The position numbers were made by a program, and so were the translations under genes. The notes beneath the pieces are model-generated. The model was not told the origin of the DNA. It worked only from the letters and a program-made list of their open reading frames with translations, and ran no database searches. A DNA stretch of 64,000 nt, taken from positions 15,535 through 79,534 of the forward strand of contig DATLQW010000184.1 of the NCBI GenBank assembly GCA_035535035.1, in the 5' to 3' direction. Position 1 is the first letter of the stretch, and the number at the start of each line of letters is the position of its first letter. This document shows positions 34,597 to 44,968 of the stretch, piece by piece. The stretch is from Acetobacteraceae bacterium. GTDB lineage: Bacteria > Pseudomonadota > Alphaproteobacteria > Acetobacterales > Acetobacteraceae.

Positions 34597-36750
34597 CTAG
34601 GAGACGCCGCGCAACTCGTGGGACCCGATACGCGGCGCAACCTTCGCGTCCCGCTCCGGCACGCCCGCCAGCCGCAAGCCTTCCGCAAAGAGCTCGCGGT
34701 CAACCTCGCGCTGCAACGGAGTCGTTGCGAGGAACCTATCCACGGTGAAATCGGGCTCCAGCGCAAGCAGCCGCTGCCGGATGATGGCCGCCTCCTGGGT
34801 CCGGCCAGTATGACCGAGCGCCGCGAGATACAGCCTGTGGCTTGCCGCGAACGACGGATTCATCTCGCTCACCGTGCGGCCAACGGCCACCGCGGACTCG
34901 AAATCCCGCTTCAGCAGATGGATGTAGATGAAGAACGTATCGTAGAAGAAGGCGTGCGGATCGAGCGGCGAAAGCTTCTTGTAGTGATTGTTGCGGCGCT
35001 CGGCCTCTTCGGGTTCGCCCAGATAGGCATAGGCACAGGCTGAGAGCGCCCACGCCATCGCCATGTTCGGATTGAGCGACAACGCCCGCTCGTGCAGGCT
35101 GATGGCCTCGCGCAGCCGATGATGCAGGAAGGCGCGGACATGCCCGGCAACGGCAAGACCGCGGGCATCGAACGGATCGAGTACGATCGCGCGTTCCGCC
35201 AGCGTCCCTGCCTGTTCGATCATCGCACGGGGATTGTCCGCCCAGCCCTCGCCCACCAGAAACACATGCCAGTAGGCATACCAGGCATATGCGGCGGCGT
35301 AGTCGGGTTCCAGTTGGATGGCGTGCGCCAGATGCTCGCCGGCCTGCATGAACGGCGCGCGCTCCATCCGCCACATCAGCGGAATGGCGCGCAGCACGAG
35401 GTCGTAGGCGGTGGAGTCCACCGGCGGTCGCGACGCGCTGCGGCGCGCCTCGATCAGCAGGATCTCGGGGTCAATCTGCGCCACCACTTCCGCGGCGATC
35501 TCGTCTTGCAGCGTCAGCAGGTCATTGGTCTGGCGATCGAACCGGCGCGCCCAGACCACCTGGTTGCCGGCGCGCAGATCGAGCAGCCGGACGGTGATGC
35601 GCAAGCGGTTGCGCGCGCGCTGGATCGAGCCGTCCACCAGGAAGTCGATGCCGAAGGTGCGGCGGATCGCCCCCTCGTCGCGGGTGTCGGCGGCGAAGCG
35701 GGCGAGCGAGCTGGAGGCAACGACGAACATCCAGCGAAAGCGGGACAGAGCAGTGGTGATTTCCTCCGCCAGCCCGGGCGCGAGATGCGACTCCTCCTCC
35801 GAGGCGCCGGGGAATTGCAGCGGCAGCACCCCGACATGAGCGCCGCCGCGCGCATTGCGCAGTTCCTGCCGCGGCTCGAGCACGGCCACCGGTTCGTCCT
35901 GCTCCAGCTCCAGCGGCCGAGCGGGCGGTAGCGGCACTGCCTCGGCCAGCGGGGGCGGGGACGACCGAACCGGTATGCGGCTGCCATAGGGGCCGCGGAT
36001 TTCCGCCAGCAGCTTCTGGGTTTCCTGCGACGGCGCGGCGTCGAGCAGGTCGGCCAGCACGGCTCGGCAGCGGTCGTAGGCCTGGATCGCCATGCCGCGC
36101 TCGCCGCGCGCGACATGCGCCCGCATCAGCGCCCGCCAGGCGCCCTCATGCGCGCGGTCGATCTGCAACAGGCGCTGCGCCGCCGGGATCGCCGATTCCG
36201 GCTCGCTGGATTCGCGCAACAGCGCCTCGGCGACGTTGCGAGCGCGGTCGCGCAGGCGCTCGCGTTCGGTGGTGAGCCAGGCGTCGAAGGTCGGGTCGAT
36301 GCCGTCCAGGTCCTCCAGCAGGTCGCCATCCAGCAGCGACAGCGACGCCGGCTGGTCGGTGGTGGCCCGCATCACCTCGTCAACATCCACCCAGACCGCG
36401 CTGGAGCGCAGCGACAGGTGGTCGCGGGTGACCTGCATGATCTCTCCCCCGGCGGGGGACAGCGTTTCCAACAGGCGATGGATTTCCTGGCGCAGTGAGG
36501 CGCGCGCCTGCTCCTCGGGGCGGCGGCTCCAGAGCAATTCGGCGAGCCGGCCGCGCAAGGCGGGGCGCGGGGCGGAGAGCGCGACGACTGCGAGAAGGGC
36601 GCGGGTCTTGCGTCCGGCAGGCAGCACGTTCTCGCTGGTGATCGTCCAGGCTTCCATCTGGCCGATAAGGCGCAACCGTAGCACCACCTGTCCGGAGGGG
36701 GGGGACTGCGGGGCCGGGCCTGGGGACCTTGTTGTCGTGCCTGCCATCAT
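34597..36750 (-). CDS. winged-helix + BTAD (SARP-like) transcriptional regulator with C-terminal TPR domain
   Basis: 717-aa ORF. N-terminal OmpR/SARP-like LRLIGQMEAW...RKTRALLAVVAL, then BTAD (AWRALMRAHVARGERGMAIQAYDRCRAVLADLL), then TPR-like C-terminal third. Confidence 0.8.
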   Translation of the reverse strand: MMAGTTTRSPGPAPQSPPSGQVVLRLRLIGQMEAWTITSENVLPAGRKTRALLAVVALSAPRPALRGRLAELLWSRRPEEQARASLRQEIHRLLETLSPAGGEIMQVTRDHLSLRSSAVWVDVDEVMRATTDQPASLSLLDGDLLEDLDGIDPTFDAWLTTERERLRDRARNVAEALLRESSEPESAIPAAQRLLQIDRAHEGAWRALMRAHVARGERGMAIQAYDRCRAVLADLLDAAPSQETQKLLAEIRGPYGSRIPVRSSPPPLAEAVPLPPARPLELEQDEPVAVLEPRQELRNARGGAHVGVLPLQFPGASEEESHLAPGLAEEITTALSRFRWMFVVASSSLARFAADTRDEGAIRRTFGIDFLVDGSIQRARNRLRITVRLLDLRAGNQVVWARRFDRQTNDLLTLQDEIAAEVVAQIDPEILLIEARRSASRPPVDSTAYDLVLRAIPLMWRMERAPFMQAGEHLAHAIQLEPDYAAAYAWYAYWHVFLVGEGWADNPRAMIEQAGTLAERAIVLDPFDARGLAVAGHVRAFLHHRLREAISLHERALSLNPNMAMAWALSACAYAYLGEPEEAERRNNHYKKLSPLDPHAFFYDTFFIYIHLLKRDFESAVAVGRTVSEMNPSFAASHRLYLAALGHTGRTQEAAIIRQRLLALEPDFTVDRFLATTPLQREVDRELFAEGLRLAGVPERDAKVAPRIGSHELRGVS

Positions 36751-36817
36751 CGCGTCATCAACACCGTCTCAGTTGTATCGCGAATTGGATAAGCACGCCA
36801 AGGCTTATGATGTCATT

Positions 36818-38203
36818 TCATATCGCGGCTTCGGCGAAAATTTCACGCGCGTTTCCTCCCCAGGGGCCATGGAAGCGCTGTAGCCAGTGCTCCGCCTGGG
36901 TCGGCGCGCCCGCGGCGATGGCTTCCAGCGGGATCAGGTAGCCCGATTCGTCCTGCCCCGCCGCGTCGCGCCGGGCCCGGGCGCGCAGCCCGTCGCGGGC
37001 GATGGCCACCACGTCGCGGGCCAGCGCGCGCAAATCGCCGTCCCGCCAGGGCAGCTTCGCCGCCAGGCCCTGGCGCGGCACCGCCTGCCGCATCGCCACG
37101 GCGGCGTCCCAGCCGGCGCCGCGGAGCAACGCCTCGGCGGCGACCAGCGCGGCGGCGTCGTACAGCAGCCCGACCCACAGGGCCGACTGCGCAAGCATCA
37201 TGTCCGGCCGCCCGGCATCGGCGCCGCGCATTTCCAGGAACTGCTTGATGCGGACGTCGGTGAACACGGTGGTCATGTGGTCGGCGAAGTCGCCCACGGT
37301 GGCCTGGATACCGGCCAGGGCCGGCAGGCGGCCCGCGATGAAGTCGCGGAACCGGCTGCCGGCGACGTCGATGTATTGGCCGTTTCGATAGATGAAATAC
37401 ATCGGCACGCGATCGACCAGCCACGCGGCATAGCGCTCGAAGCCGAAGCCTGCCTCGAACATCACCGGGGGAATGCCGGAGCGGTCGTCGTCGGTGTCGG
37501 TCCAGACGAAGGCGCGGCCGGACTGGAACCCGTTCGGCCGGCCCTCGGTGAACGGGGAATTGGCGAACAGCGCGGTCGCCAACGGCTGCAGCAGCAGCGC
37601 GACGCGCAGCTTGCGCACCATGTCGGCTTCCGATGCGTAGTCCAGGTTCACCTGCACGGTACACGTGCGCGTCATCATGTCGAGGCCAAGCTGGCCCACC
37701 AGCGGCATGTAGCGGCGCATGATGGCATAGCGGCCCTTCGGCATCCACGGCATCTCGGCCTGGCTGGCCAGGGGGTGGAAGCCCAGCGGGGCGAACCCCA
37801 GCCGCAGGTCCCGCGCGACGCTGCGCACCTGGGCGAAGTGGATCTCCATCTCGGCTTTGGTCTGGTGCAGCGTCTCGACCGGCGCGCCGGACAGTTCAAG
37901 CTGCCCGGCGGGTTCCAGCGAAACCGATGCGCCGCCTTGCTTCAGGCCGATGGTGTTGCCGCGATCGGTGATCGGTGTGGCGTCGTAGCGCTGCAACCCG
38001 GCCAGCAGGTCGCGGATCGCGCCGGGCTGGCCGTCGGCGGGAAGATAGGGCGGCGGCGCCAGGTCGCCCTGGCGAAAGCCGAACTTCTCGTGTTCCGTGC
38101 CGATGCGCCAGTCGCCCGGCGGCTTGCAGCCGGCGGCGATGTGCTCGGCAAGCTGGCGGATGGAGGCGATCGGAGTCGCGTCGCCGTCTCCGGGATTGGA
38201 CAT
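36818..38203 (-). CDS. gshA: glutamate-cysteine ligase (plant/alphaproteobacterial GCS2 type)
   Basis: 461-aa ORF with RIGTEHEKFGF and the overall pattern of the GCS2 family. Confidence 0.85.
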   Translation of the reverse strand: MSNPGDGDATPIASIRQLAEHIAAGCKPPGDWRIGTEHEKFGFRQGDLAPPPYLPADGQPGAIRDLLAGLQRYDATPITDRGNTIGLKQGGASVSLEPAGQLELSGAPVETLHQTKAEMEIHFAQVRSVARDLRLGFAPLGFHPLASQAEMPWMPKGRYAIMRRYMPLVGQLGLDMMTRTCTVQVNLDYASEADMVRKLRVALLLQPLATALFANSPFTEGRPNGFQSGRAFVWTDTDDDRSGIPPVMFEAGFGFERYAAWLVDRVPMYFIYRNGQYIDVAGSRFRDFIAGRLPALAGIQATVGDFADHMTTVFTDVRIKQFLEMRGADAGRPDMMLAQSALWVGLLYDAAALVAAEALLRGAGWDAAVAMRQAVPRQGLAAKLPWRDGDLRALARDVVAIARDGLRARARRDAAGQDESGYLIPLEAIAAGAPTQAEHWLQRFHGPWGGNAREIFAEAAI

Positions 38204-38242
38204 GCTGCTTCCCAGACGTTTCGGGGTTCAAGGACCAGCTTT

Positions 38243-38950
38243 CTAGCCGCACCAAGGGGCCTGCAACAATGCCAGCCCGGCAACGCAAGCGGTTTCCGCC
38301 CGCAGGACGCGCGAACCGAGGCTCACTGCCGTCACAAAGGGATGCCGAAGCACGGCGTCAAGCTCGGCCGGTGTGAAGCCCCCCTCCGGCCCCACCAGCA
38401 AGGCGGCCGGTTTGCCGGTGGCGCGCGGTTGTGCGGCGTTGGAGCGTTCGATGGCGGCGAACAGTCTTCTGTCGGACGGCCAGTCGGCCAGTAGGTCCGC
38501 CAGCCGGCGCGGCGGGTGCAGGACGGGGACCGTGAGGCGTTCGCATTGTTCGGCTGCTTCCGTGGCGATGACGGTGAGGCGGGTTTCGTTCACCCGCGCC
38601 GCATTGGTGCGCTCGGTGAGGACCGGCCAGAGCGCCGACACCCCCAGTTCTGTGGCCTTCTGCACGACCAGGTCGGTGGCATCGCGCTTCAGCAGGGCGA
38701 AGGCGAGCCAGAGGTCGGGTTCGGGGTCCTGCCGCCGGAGCTGGGCCTCCACCGCCAGAATCATCTGGTCGCGCCGCTGCTCGGCGATGCGCGCCCGCCA
38801 CTCGCCGTCCTGGCCATTGAACAGGTGCACGGGATCGTTGACGTTGCGGCGCAGGACCTGGCCGAGATAGTGGGCCTGGGCCGCGGTGGCGGCGATCGTC
38901 GCACCAAGGACGAGGGCGGCCGGGACGTAGAGGCGGGGGATGGTACTCAT
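38243..38950 (-). CDS. rsmE: 16S rRNA (uracil1498-N3)-methyltransferase
   Basis: Start at MSTIPRLYV. C-terminal LLVGPEGGFTPAEL and RVLRAETA motifs. Confidence 0.8.
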   Translation of the reverse strand: MSTIPRLYVPAALVLGATIAATAAQAHYLGQVLRRNVNDPVHLFNGQDGEWRARIAEQRRDQMILAVEAQLRRQDPEPDLWLAFALLKRDATDLVVQKATELGVSALWPVLTERTNAARVNETRLTVIATEAAEQCERLTVPVLHPPRRLADLLADWPSDRRLFAAIERSNAAQPRATGKPAALLVGPEGGFTPAELDAVLRHPFVTAVSLGSRVLRAETACVAGLALLQAPWCG

Positions 38951-39508
38951 GCGGCGGTCCGGGCGCTCGAATGCCGCTTTGCATGGGGCCCTGACAAGCC
39001 CGTGTCCAGTTGCCTCGGGCGCACTGGTGTTGCGGACAACGATCCCAGCAGGCGTCACAGTGCGCAGGTCACGCTCCGACGCCGTTGCCGGCCCGGCAGG
39101 CGCGGCCGATGTCCAAGGTGGGTTGCGTTCCGGTCATGTTCCGGAACATGGTGGCGGACTGGGGCGCAGGCAAGTCGCCCATGCTACGGCCGCGTCGGAC
39201 GAAGGGGTCAAGCGACGAGGGATGTCTAGCCGGTCGATCGAGATCCACGGCTCGCACCGCCGCGAGCCGCAACCGTGCCGGCGCGATGTCGCCGGGCGAG
39301 GCGAGGCGAGGCAGACATGCACGACCAAAGGTGGATCGTTGGGCACCATCGCGCGCCGTTTCGTTGGCCGATGCAAGCCGCACGTGCGGCGCGGCTGCGT
39401 CACCGCTCTGTTGCCGGCTGCCATTGGGGGAGAGGCGCGCCAAGTGCACGGCTTGGGGCGGTGTGCGCAAAGATCGCTGTGGTTGGCGCGCCGACCCACG
39501 CACTTGCT

Positions 39509-39567
39509 GTCATCATCGCGAAAGCGGGGATCCAGGCGACCTGGGTCTCCGCTTTCGCCGGGATGAC
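39509..39567. repeat. palindromic REP/MITE-like element (the 'AKAGIQ...AFAGMT' type common in alphaproteobacteria)
   Basis: GTCATCATCGCGAAAGCGGGGATCCAGG...TGGGTCTCCGCTTTCGCCGGGATGAC inverted repeat. Confidence 0.45.
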
Positions 39568-39678
39568 GCGCTGCGCTGACGCTCTGCGCGACCAACCGCA
39601 GACGCGGCGCAACCGCGGGGCGGCAGCGTCTCCACACCCGGATTGAACGGAATCGTCGCGAGGGGCACACTCCCCGCC

Positions 39679-40578
39679 ATGCCGGCACACACCGATATCG
39701 TCACGCAAGGCTGGGTGGCGCGGCTGCCACGCGCTTGGCTGCCCTATGTCCTGTTGGCGCGCCTGGACCGCCCGATCGGCACCTGGCTGCTCTTTCTCCC
39801 CGGACTCTGGGGCATTCTGCTCTCGGGCGCCGGACCGGCGGAAGCCATCCGGCTCATCCTGTTGTTCGGCGTCGGCAGCCTGGTGATGCGGGCGGCCGGT
39901 TGCGTGGTGAACGATCTGTGGGACCGCGACATCGACCGGCGCGTCGCGCGGACCGCCGGACGGCCGCTGGCCTCGGGGGCGCTGCGTCCGCGCCATGCTT
40001 TGGTGTTCCTGGCGGTGCTGCTGGCGGTGGGGCTGGTCATTCTGCTTCAGCTCAACCGCTTGGCGCAGGTGCTGGGCGTCGCGTCGCTGCTGCTGGTGGC
40101 GCTGTATCCGCTGGCCAAGCGGGTGACCTGGTGGCCGCAGCTCGCCATGGGGTTCACCTTCGGCTTCGGAGCGCCGCTCGGCTACGCGGCCGGGGCGGGG
40201 CGGCTGGATCTCGCATGGGCGCTGCTGTACGGCGCGGCGATTCTGTGGGATGTCGGTTTCGACACGATCTACGCGCACCAGGATCGCGAGGACGACGCAT
40301 TACTCGGCATCGGGTCCAGTGCGCTGGTGCTCGGCGAGCAAACGCGACCGTTCCTGGCGGCGTGCTACGCCGGGATGCTGGGGCTGGTGGTCCTGGCCGG
40401 ATGGATGCGCGGGCTGGAATTGTGGTTCTACCCGGCGCTGGCGCTGCCTGCGGCGCTGCTGGCGCGGCAGGTCGTCGCACTGGACATCAACGATCCGGCC
40501 AATTGCCTGCGGCAGTTCCGTGCCAATCGCGAGGCGGGGCTGGCGGTGGCTCTGGCGATCCTCCTGGGGTGGCTGTGA
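39679..40578 (+). CDS. ubiA: 4-hydroxybenzoate polyprenyltransferase
   Basis: Start at MPAHTD. The motif NDLWDRDIDRRVARTAGRPLASG is the UbiA prenyltransferase motif. Confidence 0.85.
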   Translation: MPAHTDIVTQGWVARLPRAWLPYVLLARLDRPIGTWLLFLPGLWGILLSGAGPAEAIRLILLFGVGSLVMRAAGCVVNDLWDRDIDRRVARTAGRPLASGALRPRHALVFLAVLLAVGLVILLQLNRLAQVLGVASLLLVALYPLAKRVTWWPQLAMGFTFGFGAPLGYAAGAGRLDLAWALLYGAAILWDVGFDTIYAHQDREDDALLGIGSSALVLGEQTRPFLAACYAGMLGLVVLAGWMRGLELWFYPALALPAALLARQVVALDINDPANCLRQFRANREAGLAVALAILLGWL

Positions 40579-41138
40579 GAATTGCTGGCGCGGGCATGCC
40601 GGGAATCCCGGCATCGGCCGGTGCGAAGATCGCCCACGACGGATCGGATTGAGCGAGAGCCGCGCCGCGTCGTTGTCAATCCCGCCACTCACGCAGCCGG
40701 CTTTGGCCGCGATGCCGCAGCCGCCGCCATGGCGATGCCGGCGACGGAACAGGTGATGGTCATCCCGCGGGGCTTTTCGGGCAACGTCTCGCAGTGTTGG
40801 CACAGGTGGGCGATAAGGGACTCGAGGCGTTGCGCCCCGACGGTGAATCGCATCTCGCCGGGGTTGCGAACCGGCCGTTTGGGAGTGCGATGCCGGTTTC
40901 ACCCCAGGTGTGGCAATGAGGACTCGGGCGGGCGGTCCGCCGGTGCGGCGTCATCGCACGCCATACCGCCCCATCGGCAGCCGGCCGCCCGCGGTTTGCA
41001 CTTGCGATGCGACCGCGCGGGGAACCGGTGGGTTGCCGCGGCGGCGGTTGACCCGCGCCGGCCGGGGCAGCAGGCTTGAACCCAACCGGACCAGCCGTGC
41101 GATGCGAATCCGCCGGCGTCAGGGAGGGAAACGATCGC

Positions 41139-42413
41139 ATGGCCGACCTGGTTATCGCGCATGGGCAACGTACGGACTCCCGCTGGGCAACGCTCGTCTC
41201 CGCCTGCCTGGGCTGGATGTTCGATGCGATGGACCTGCAGATCTTCACCCTGATCCTGTTCCCCTGCGTCAGCGAGCTGATCGGCACGCGCAACCTGGGC
41301 CAGGTTGCCTGGATCGGGGGCATCATCCTGGCCTGCAAACTGGTCGCCTGGGGTTTCGGCGGCATCGTGTTCGGGGTGGTCGCCGACCGGATCGGGCGGT
41401 CCCGCACGATGATCATCACCGTGCTGATCTACGCGGCCTTCACCGGTCTTTCAGGCTTCGCGCAAAGCTGGCAGCAACTCGCGATCCTGCAAGCTTTGGC
41501 GGGGATCGGGATCGGCGGCGAATGGGCGGCCGGCGCCGCGCTGGTGGCCGAGACCTGGCCCGACCGGACCCGCGCGCGCGCGATGCAGGTCATGCAGATG
41601 TCCTTTGCGTTCGGCTTCTTCCTCGCCGCACTGATCAACCTGACCGTCGGCCCGTATGGCTGGCGCTACGTCCTGTTCATCGGCACGGTGCCGGCGCTGC
41701 TGACGCTGCCGATCCGGCGCTACGTGCCCGAACCGGAACGCTGGCTGCGGGTCCGCGACCAACAGATCGCGGCCGGCACGCGGGCCTCGGCCGGAGCGAC
41801 CTTCGCCGCGATCTTCACGCCGGAGTTCCGCCGGCGCACCATCGTCGGCGTCCTGGTCGCGTCCACCATGATGATCGGCGCCTGGGGCGCCTCCACCCTG
41901 ATCCCCATCTGGGTCAACCAACTCGTCGGGCCGGGCCAGCGCCTGGCGGCGATCCGCGCCACCAGCGGCTGCTTCATGCTGAGCAATGTCGGTGCCGTGC
42001 TGGGCTATCTGGCGCTGATCTGGATGACCGACGCGCTGGGCCGGCGGTGGTCGTATTTCCTGATCGTGGTCGGGTGCGCCGGTATCATGGCGGCGATGTT
42101 CACGCAGGTGCACGCACTGGCCACCCTGCAATGGTTCATGGTCCCCTATGGCTTCTTCACGGTCGGCGGCTTCGGCACCTTTGCCACCTATCTGCCGGAG
42201 CTGTTCCCAACGCGTATCCGCGCCACCGGCCAGGGATTCTGCTGGAACATGGCGCGCGCGTTCACCGCGGTGGGACCGTTCGTGTCCGGCATGCTGGTGA
42301 GTGAATTCGGCAGCGTTCCGTCCGCCGGCCTGACGATCGTGTGGATTTACGCGATCGGCATGATCGCGATCTGGTTCGGCCCGGAAACCCGCGGCGTGCC
42401 CTTGGCCGATTAG
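41139..42413 (+). CDS. MFS transporter
   Basis: Start at MADLVIAH. Contains the MFS loop motif GVVADRIGRSRTM and about 12 hydrophobic segments. Confidence 0.8.
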   Translation: MADLVIAHGQRTDSRWATLVSACLGWMFDAMDLQIFTLILFPCVSELIGTRNLGQVAWIGGIILACKLVAWGFGGIVFGVVADRIGRSRTMIITVLIYAAFTGLSGFAQSWQQLAILQALAGIGIGGEWAAGAALVAETWPDRTRARAMQVMQMSFAFGFFLAALINLTVGPYGWRYVLFIGTVPALLTLPIRRYVPEPERWLRVRDQQIAAGTRASAGATFAAIFTPEFRRRTIVGVLVASTMMIGAWGASTLIPIWVNQLVGPGQRLAAIRATSGCFMLSNVGAVLGYLALIWMTDALGRRWSYFLIVVGCAGIMAAMFTQVHALATLQWFMVPYGFFTVGGFGTFATYLPELFPTRIRATGQGFCWNMARAFTAVGPFVSGMLVSEFGSVPSAGLTIVWIYAIGMIAIWFGPETRGVPLAD

Positions 42414-42448
42414 GCCCGCCGCCAGCAAGATGCCGGTCGTGCCGCAGA

Positions 42449-43039
42449 TCAGTTTCGTTCGTGCGGCCTGGTCAGGCGATGCTCGATGCGCCGATCGGGA
42501 ACGAACCACAGCAACGCGACCAGGGCGTAGATGAGGTCCGATAGTGCGGGATTGACGAATGCCAGCCCGATCGCGGTTGCGTACAGCGCCGGCGACAGCT
42601 TGCCCTTGAGGTCGGAACCGAGCGCCGCGGCAAGGGTGGAATCGCGCCCTTCGGTCCGGATGATGGTTCGTTGCAGGAGGTAGTAGGCGATCGCCGCCAG
42701 CAGCAGCACGCCGCCATAGACCGCGGTCGGCACCGCGGCGTGGTAGTTCCGTCCCAGCCAGGCGGTGGCGAAGGGCGTCAGCGAGAGCCAGAACAGCAGA
42801 TGGGTGTTGGCCCACAGGATCAGGCCGTTGACCCCTTGCACGGTCTGCAGCAGGTGGTGATGGTTGTTCCAGTAGATCGCCACATACAGGAAGCTCAGCA
42901 GATAGCTCAGGAACATCGGGAGCATCCCGGCAAGCGCCGCCCAGCCGGTGCCGGCCGGCACCTGCAGTTCCAGCACCATGATGGTAATGATGATGGCGAT
43001 CACGCCATCGCTGAACGCGGTCAGCCGTTCCTTGTTCAC
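42449..43039 (-). CDS. TMEM175/DUF1211 family membrane protein (putative K+ channel)
   Basis: The N-terminal signature is RLTAFSDGVIAIIITIMVLEL. Confidence 0.75.
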   Translation of the reverse strand: MNKERLTAFSDGVIAIIITIMVLELQVPAGTGWAALAGMLPMFLSYLLSFLYVAIYWNNHHHLLQTVQGVNGLILWANTHLLFWLSLTPFATAWLGRNYHAAVPTAVYGGVLLLAAIAYYLLQRTIIRTEGRDSTLAAALGSDLKGKLSPALYATAIGLAFVNPALSDLIYALVALLWFVPDRRIEHRLTRPHERN

Positions 43040-43250
43040 GACGCCCCTGCATTGCCTGGGTCAATCCGACGCCAGGATGGGGCCTGGCGCGACGTGAGGA
43101 TAGGCCGTCTGCGTCGCGCGCCGTTGCAACCGCGTGGCGCAAGCAGCGCCGGTGCCCGAAGCGCCAGTGCCCGACAATGACGCCGGCGCACGCCTGTGCC
43201 ATGCTCGCGCCCAGGCAACACCGAGAACACCCCCGGAGGAGAACGCAATC

Positions 43251-44480
43251 ATGTCGGACAACGCCGCGGACATAGACTTCCTCAACGGCATCAAGGTCGT
43301 TGACTTCACCCAGTTCGAGGCCGGGCCGTCCTGCACCGAGGCGCTCGCCTGGCTCGGCGCCGAAGTGGTGAAGATCGAGAATCCGAAGACCGGCGATCCC
43401 GGCCGCCGCCTGCGCCCTGGCCAGCCGGACGACGACCCGTATTACTTCCACATGTTCAACGCCAACAAGAAGTCCATCACGCTGAACCTGAAATCGCCGC
43501 GCGGGCTGGCGCTGGTGCAGGATCTGCTGCGCCAGGCCGACGTGTGCGTCGAGAACATGGCGCCCGGCACCATTGAGCGGCTGGGCCTCGGCTATGACGA
43601 CGTGCGCGCCATCAACCCGGGCATCATCTATTGCCAGGTGAAGGGCTTCGGCACCGGCAGTCCGTATGAGACCAACCTGGCGTTCGACATGATCGCACAG
43701 GCCACCGGCGGCACCATCAGCGTAACCGGGGAAAAAGGCCGCGGGCCGGTGAAGCCCGGCCTGTCGCTCGGCGACACCGGCACCGGGATGACGATGGCGA
43801 TCAGCATCCTCGGCGCGCTGCACAAACGGGCGAAGACCGGCGAGGGCCATCGGCTGCAAGTGGCGATGCAGGACGCGATGCTGCACTACATGCGCACCAA
43901 TTTCTCCACCCAGGCGCGCAGCGGGCGGGCGGTGGAGCGCGACGGCACGCACTCGGGTGGCGGCAGCAACGCGCCGTCGGGGCTGTATCCGTGCGCGCCG
44001 GGCGGGCCGAACGACTACGTGTGGATCATGACCAGCCGGGCCAATCCCGAGCATTGGGCGCGGCTGTGCAAGGTGATGGGGCGCGAGGAGCTGATCGCTG
44101 ATCCGCGCTTCGCCAGGCCCGGCGACCGGGTGAAGAACATGGCCGAACTTGATGCGATCATCGAGGCGTGGACGCGCGCGCGTACGAAGCACGCGGCGAT
44201 GGCGCAGGTCGGCGGTGCCGGCATCCCGGCGGGCGCGGTGCTCGACACGATGGAATTACAGAACGAACCCACGTTCGAGCAACGCGGCATCATGCAGGTG
44301 ATGCAGCATGCGAAGCACGGGCCGTTCAAGATGCCGGCCTGGCCGGTTCGGGTGGACGGCAAGCCGCCGCGCGTCAAGCCGTCGCCCATGCTGGGCGAGC
44401 ATACGGGGGACGTGCTGGGCCGGTGGCTGGGCCTAAGTGAAGTGGAGGTGGAGACGCTGCGCGGGGACGGGGTGGTTTAG
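43251..44480 (+). CDS. CaiB/BaiF class III CoA-transferase (formyl-CoA transferase-like)
   Basis: GGAGGA RBS. Contains GIKVVDFTQFEAGPSCTEALAWLGAEVVKIE. Confidence 0.85.
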   Translation: MSDNAADIDFLNGIKVVDFTQFEAGPSCTEALAWLGAEVVKIENPKTGDPGRRLRPGQPDDDPYYFHMFNANKKSITLNLKSPRGLALVQDLLRQADVCVENMAPGTIERLGLGYDDVRAINPGIIYCQVKGFGTGSPYETNLAFDMIAQATGGTISVTGEKGRGPVKPGLSLGDTGTGMTMAISILGALHKRAKTGEGHRLQVAMQDAMLHYMRTNFSTQARSGRAVERDGTHSGGGSNAPSGLYPCAPGGPNDYVWIMTSRANPEHWARLCKVMGREELIADPRFARPGDRVKNMAELDAIIEAWTRARTKHAAMAQVGGAGIPAGAVLDTMELQNEPTFEQRGIMQVMQHAKHGPFKMPAWPVRVDGKPPRVKPSPMLGEHTGDVLGRWLGLSEVEVETLRGDGVV

Positions 44481-44566
44481 CGCTGCCCTTTTTCTCCGAA
44501 CGTTGGCTCGGACACCTCGCCAGCGCATTGTCACGGTAACTGGTGGAGGCAGCCAGGTGGGTGCCC

Positions 44567-44968
44567 ATGTTGACCATTCGTACGGATCAGATCGCGGCAC
44601 TGCAGGCCGAACGGGACAGCACGTTCGTGAGCCGGCTCGCGGCCTATGCCCGACGCCGCGAGCCGACGCTATTCGAGGCCTGGTCTGACCCGGAGCTGCA
44701 TCGCGGTACCGAGGCTGCCTGGCGGCGAGCCGAAGCATACGGCATGAGCGACCCGTTGGCCCTGGTACTGTTCTTCGTGGCGATGGTTTGCCATGCGCCC
44801 GACTTCGACCTTCACTCGGACATCCAGTCCATTCTGCGCGATCCTGCGATCAACTCGGATCACCGGATTCACCTGGTCTGGCTGCAGACTTCGCCGGAGA
44901 CCTGGGCCGAGGTCGGCCGCATGCGCGGCAGGGGCATGCCCCTTCCCAGGCCTGACGTCGCAGAATGA
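44567..44968 (+). CDS. hypothetical protein (MLTIRTDQIAAL... family), lower GC
   Basis: Start at the internal ATG. Stop overlaps the next ATG (ATGA). No function recognised. Confidence 0.5.
   Translation: MLTIRTDQIAALQAERDSTFVSRLAAYARRREPTLFEAWSDPELHRGTEAAWRRAEAYGMSDPLALVLFFVAMVCHAPDFDLHSDIQSILRDPAINSDHRIHLVWLQTSPETWAEVGRMRGRGMPLPRPDVAE

Noticed and set aside
36887-38494. 535-aa + strand ORF
   Set aside because: It is antisense to gshA and rsmE, which have clear family motifs.
39060-39640. ORFs 38940..39566, 39010..39579 and 39134..39688 in the rsmE-ubiA gap
   Set aside because: They are driven by the palindromic REP/MITE-like element (the AKAGIQ/AFAGMT strings). This is the typical spurious translation of that repeat.
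40580-41138. ORFs between ubiA and the MFS transporter (40300..40902 -, 40582..41079 +)
   Set aside because: The translations are Arg/Pro-rich with no start context. Only a GCCGGGAATCCCGGC hairpin after ubiA is credible.
41451-44192. 913-aa minus-strand ORF
   Set aside because: It runs antisense across the MFS transporter and the CoA-transferase and overlaps the minus-strand TMEM175 gene out of frame. The composition is Arg/Ala/Gly/Pro junk, so it is a shadow ORF.
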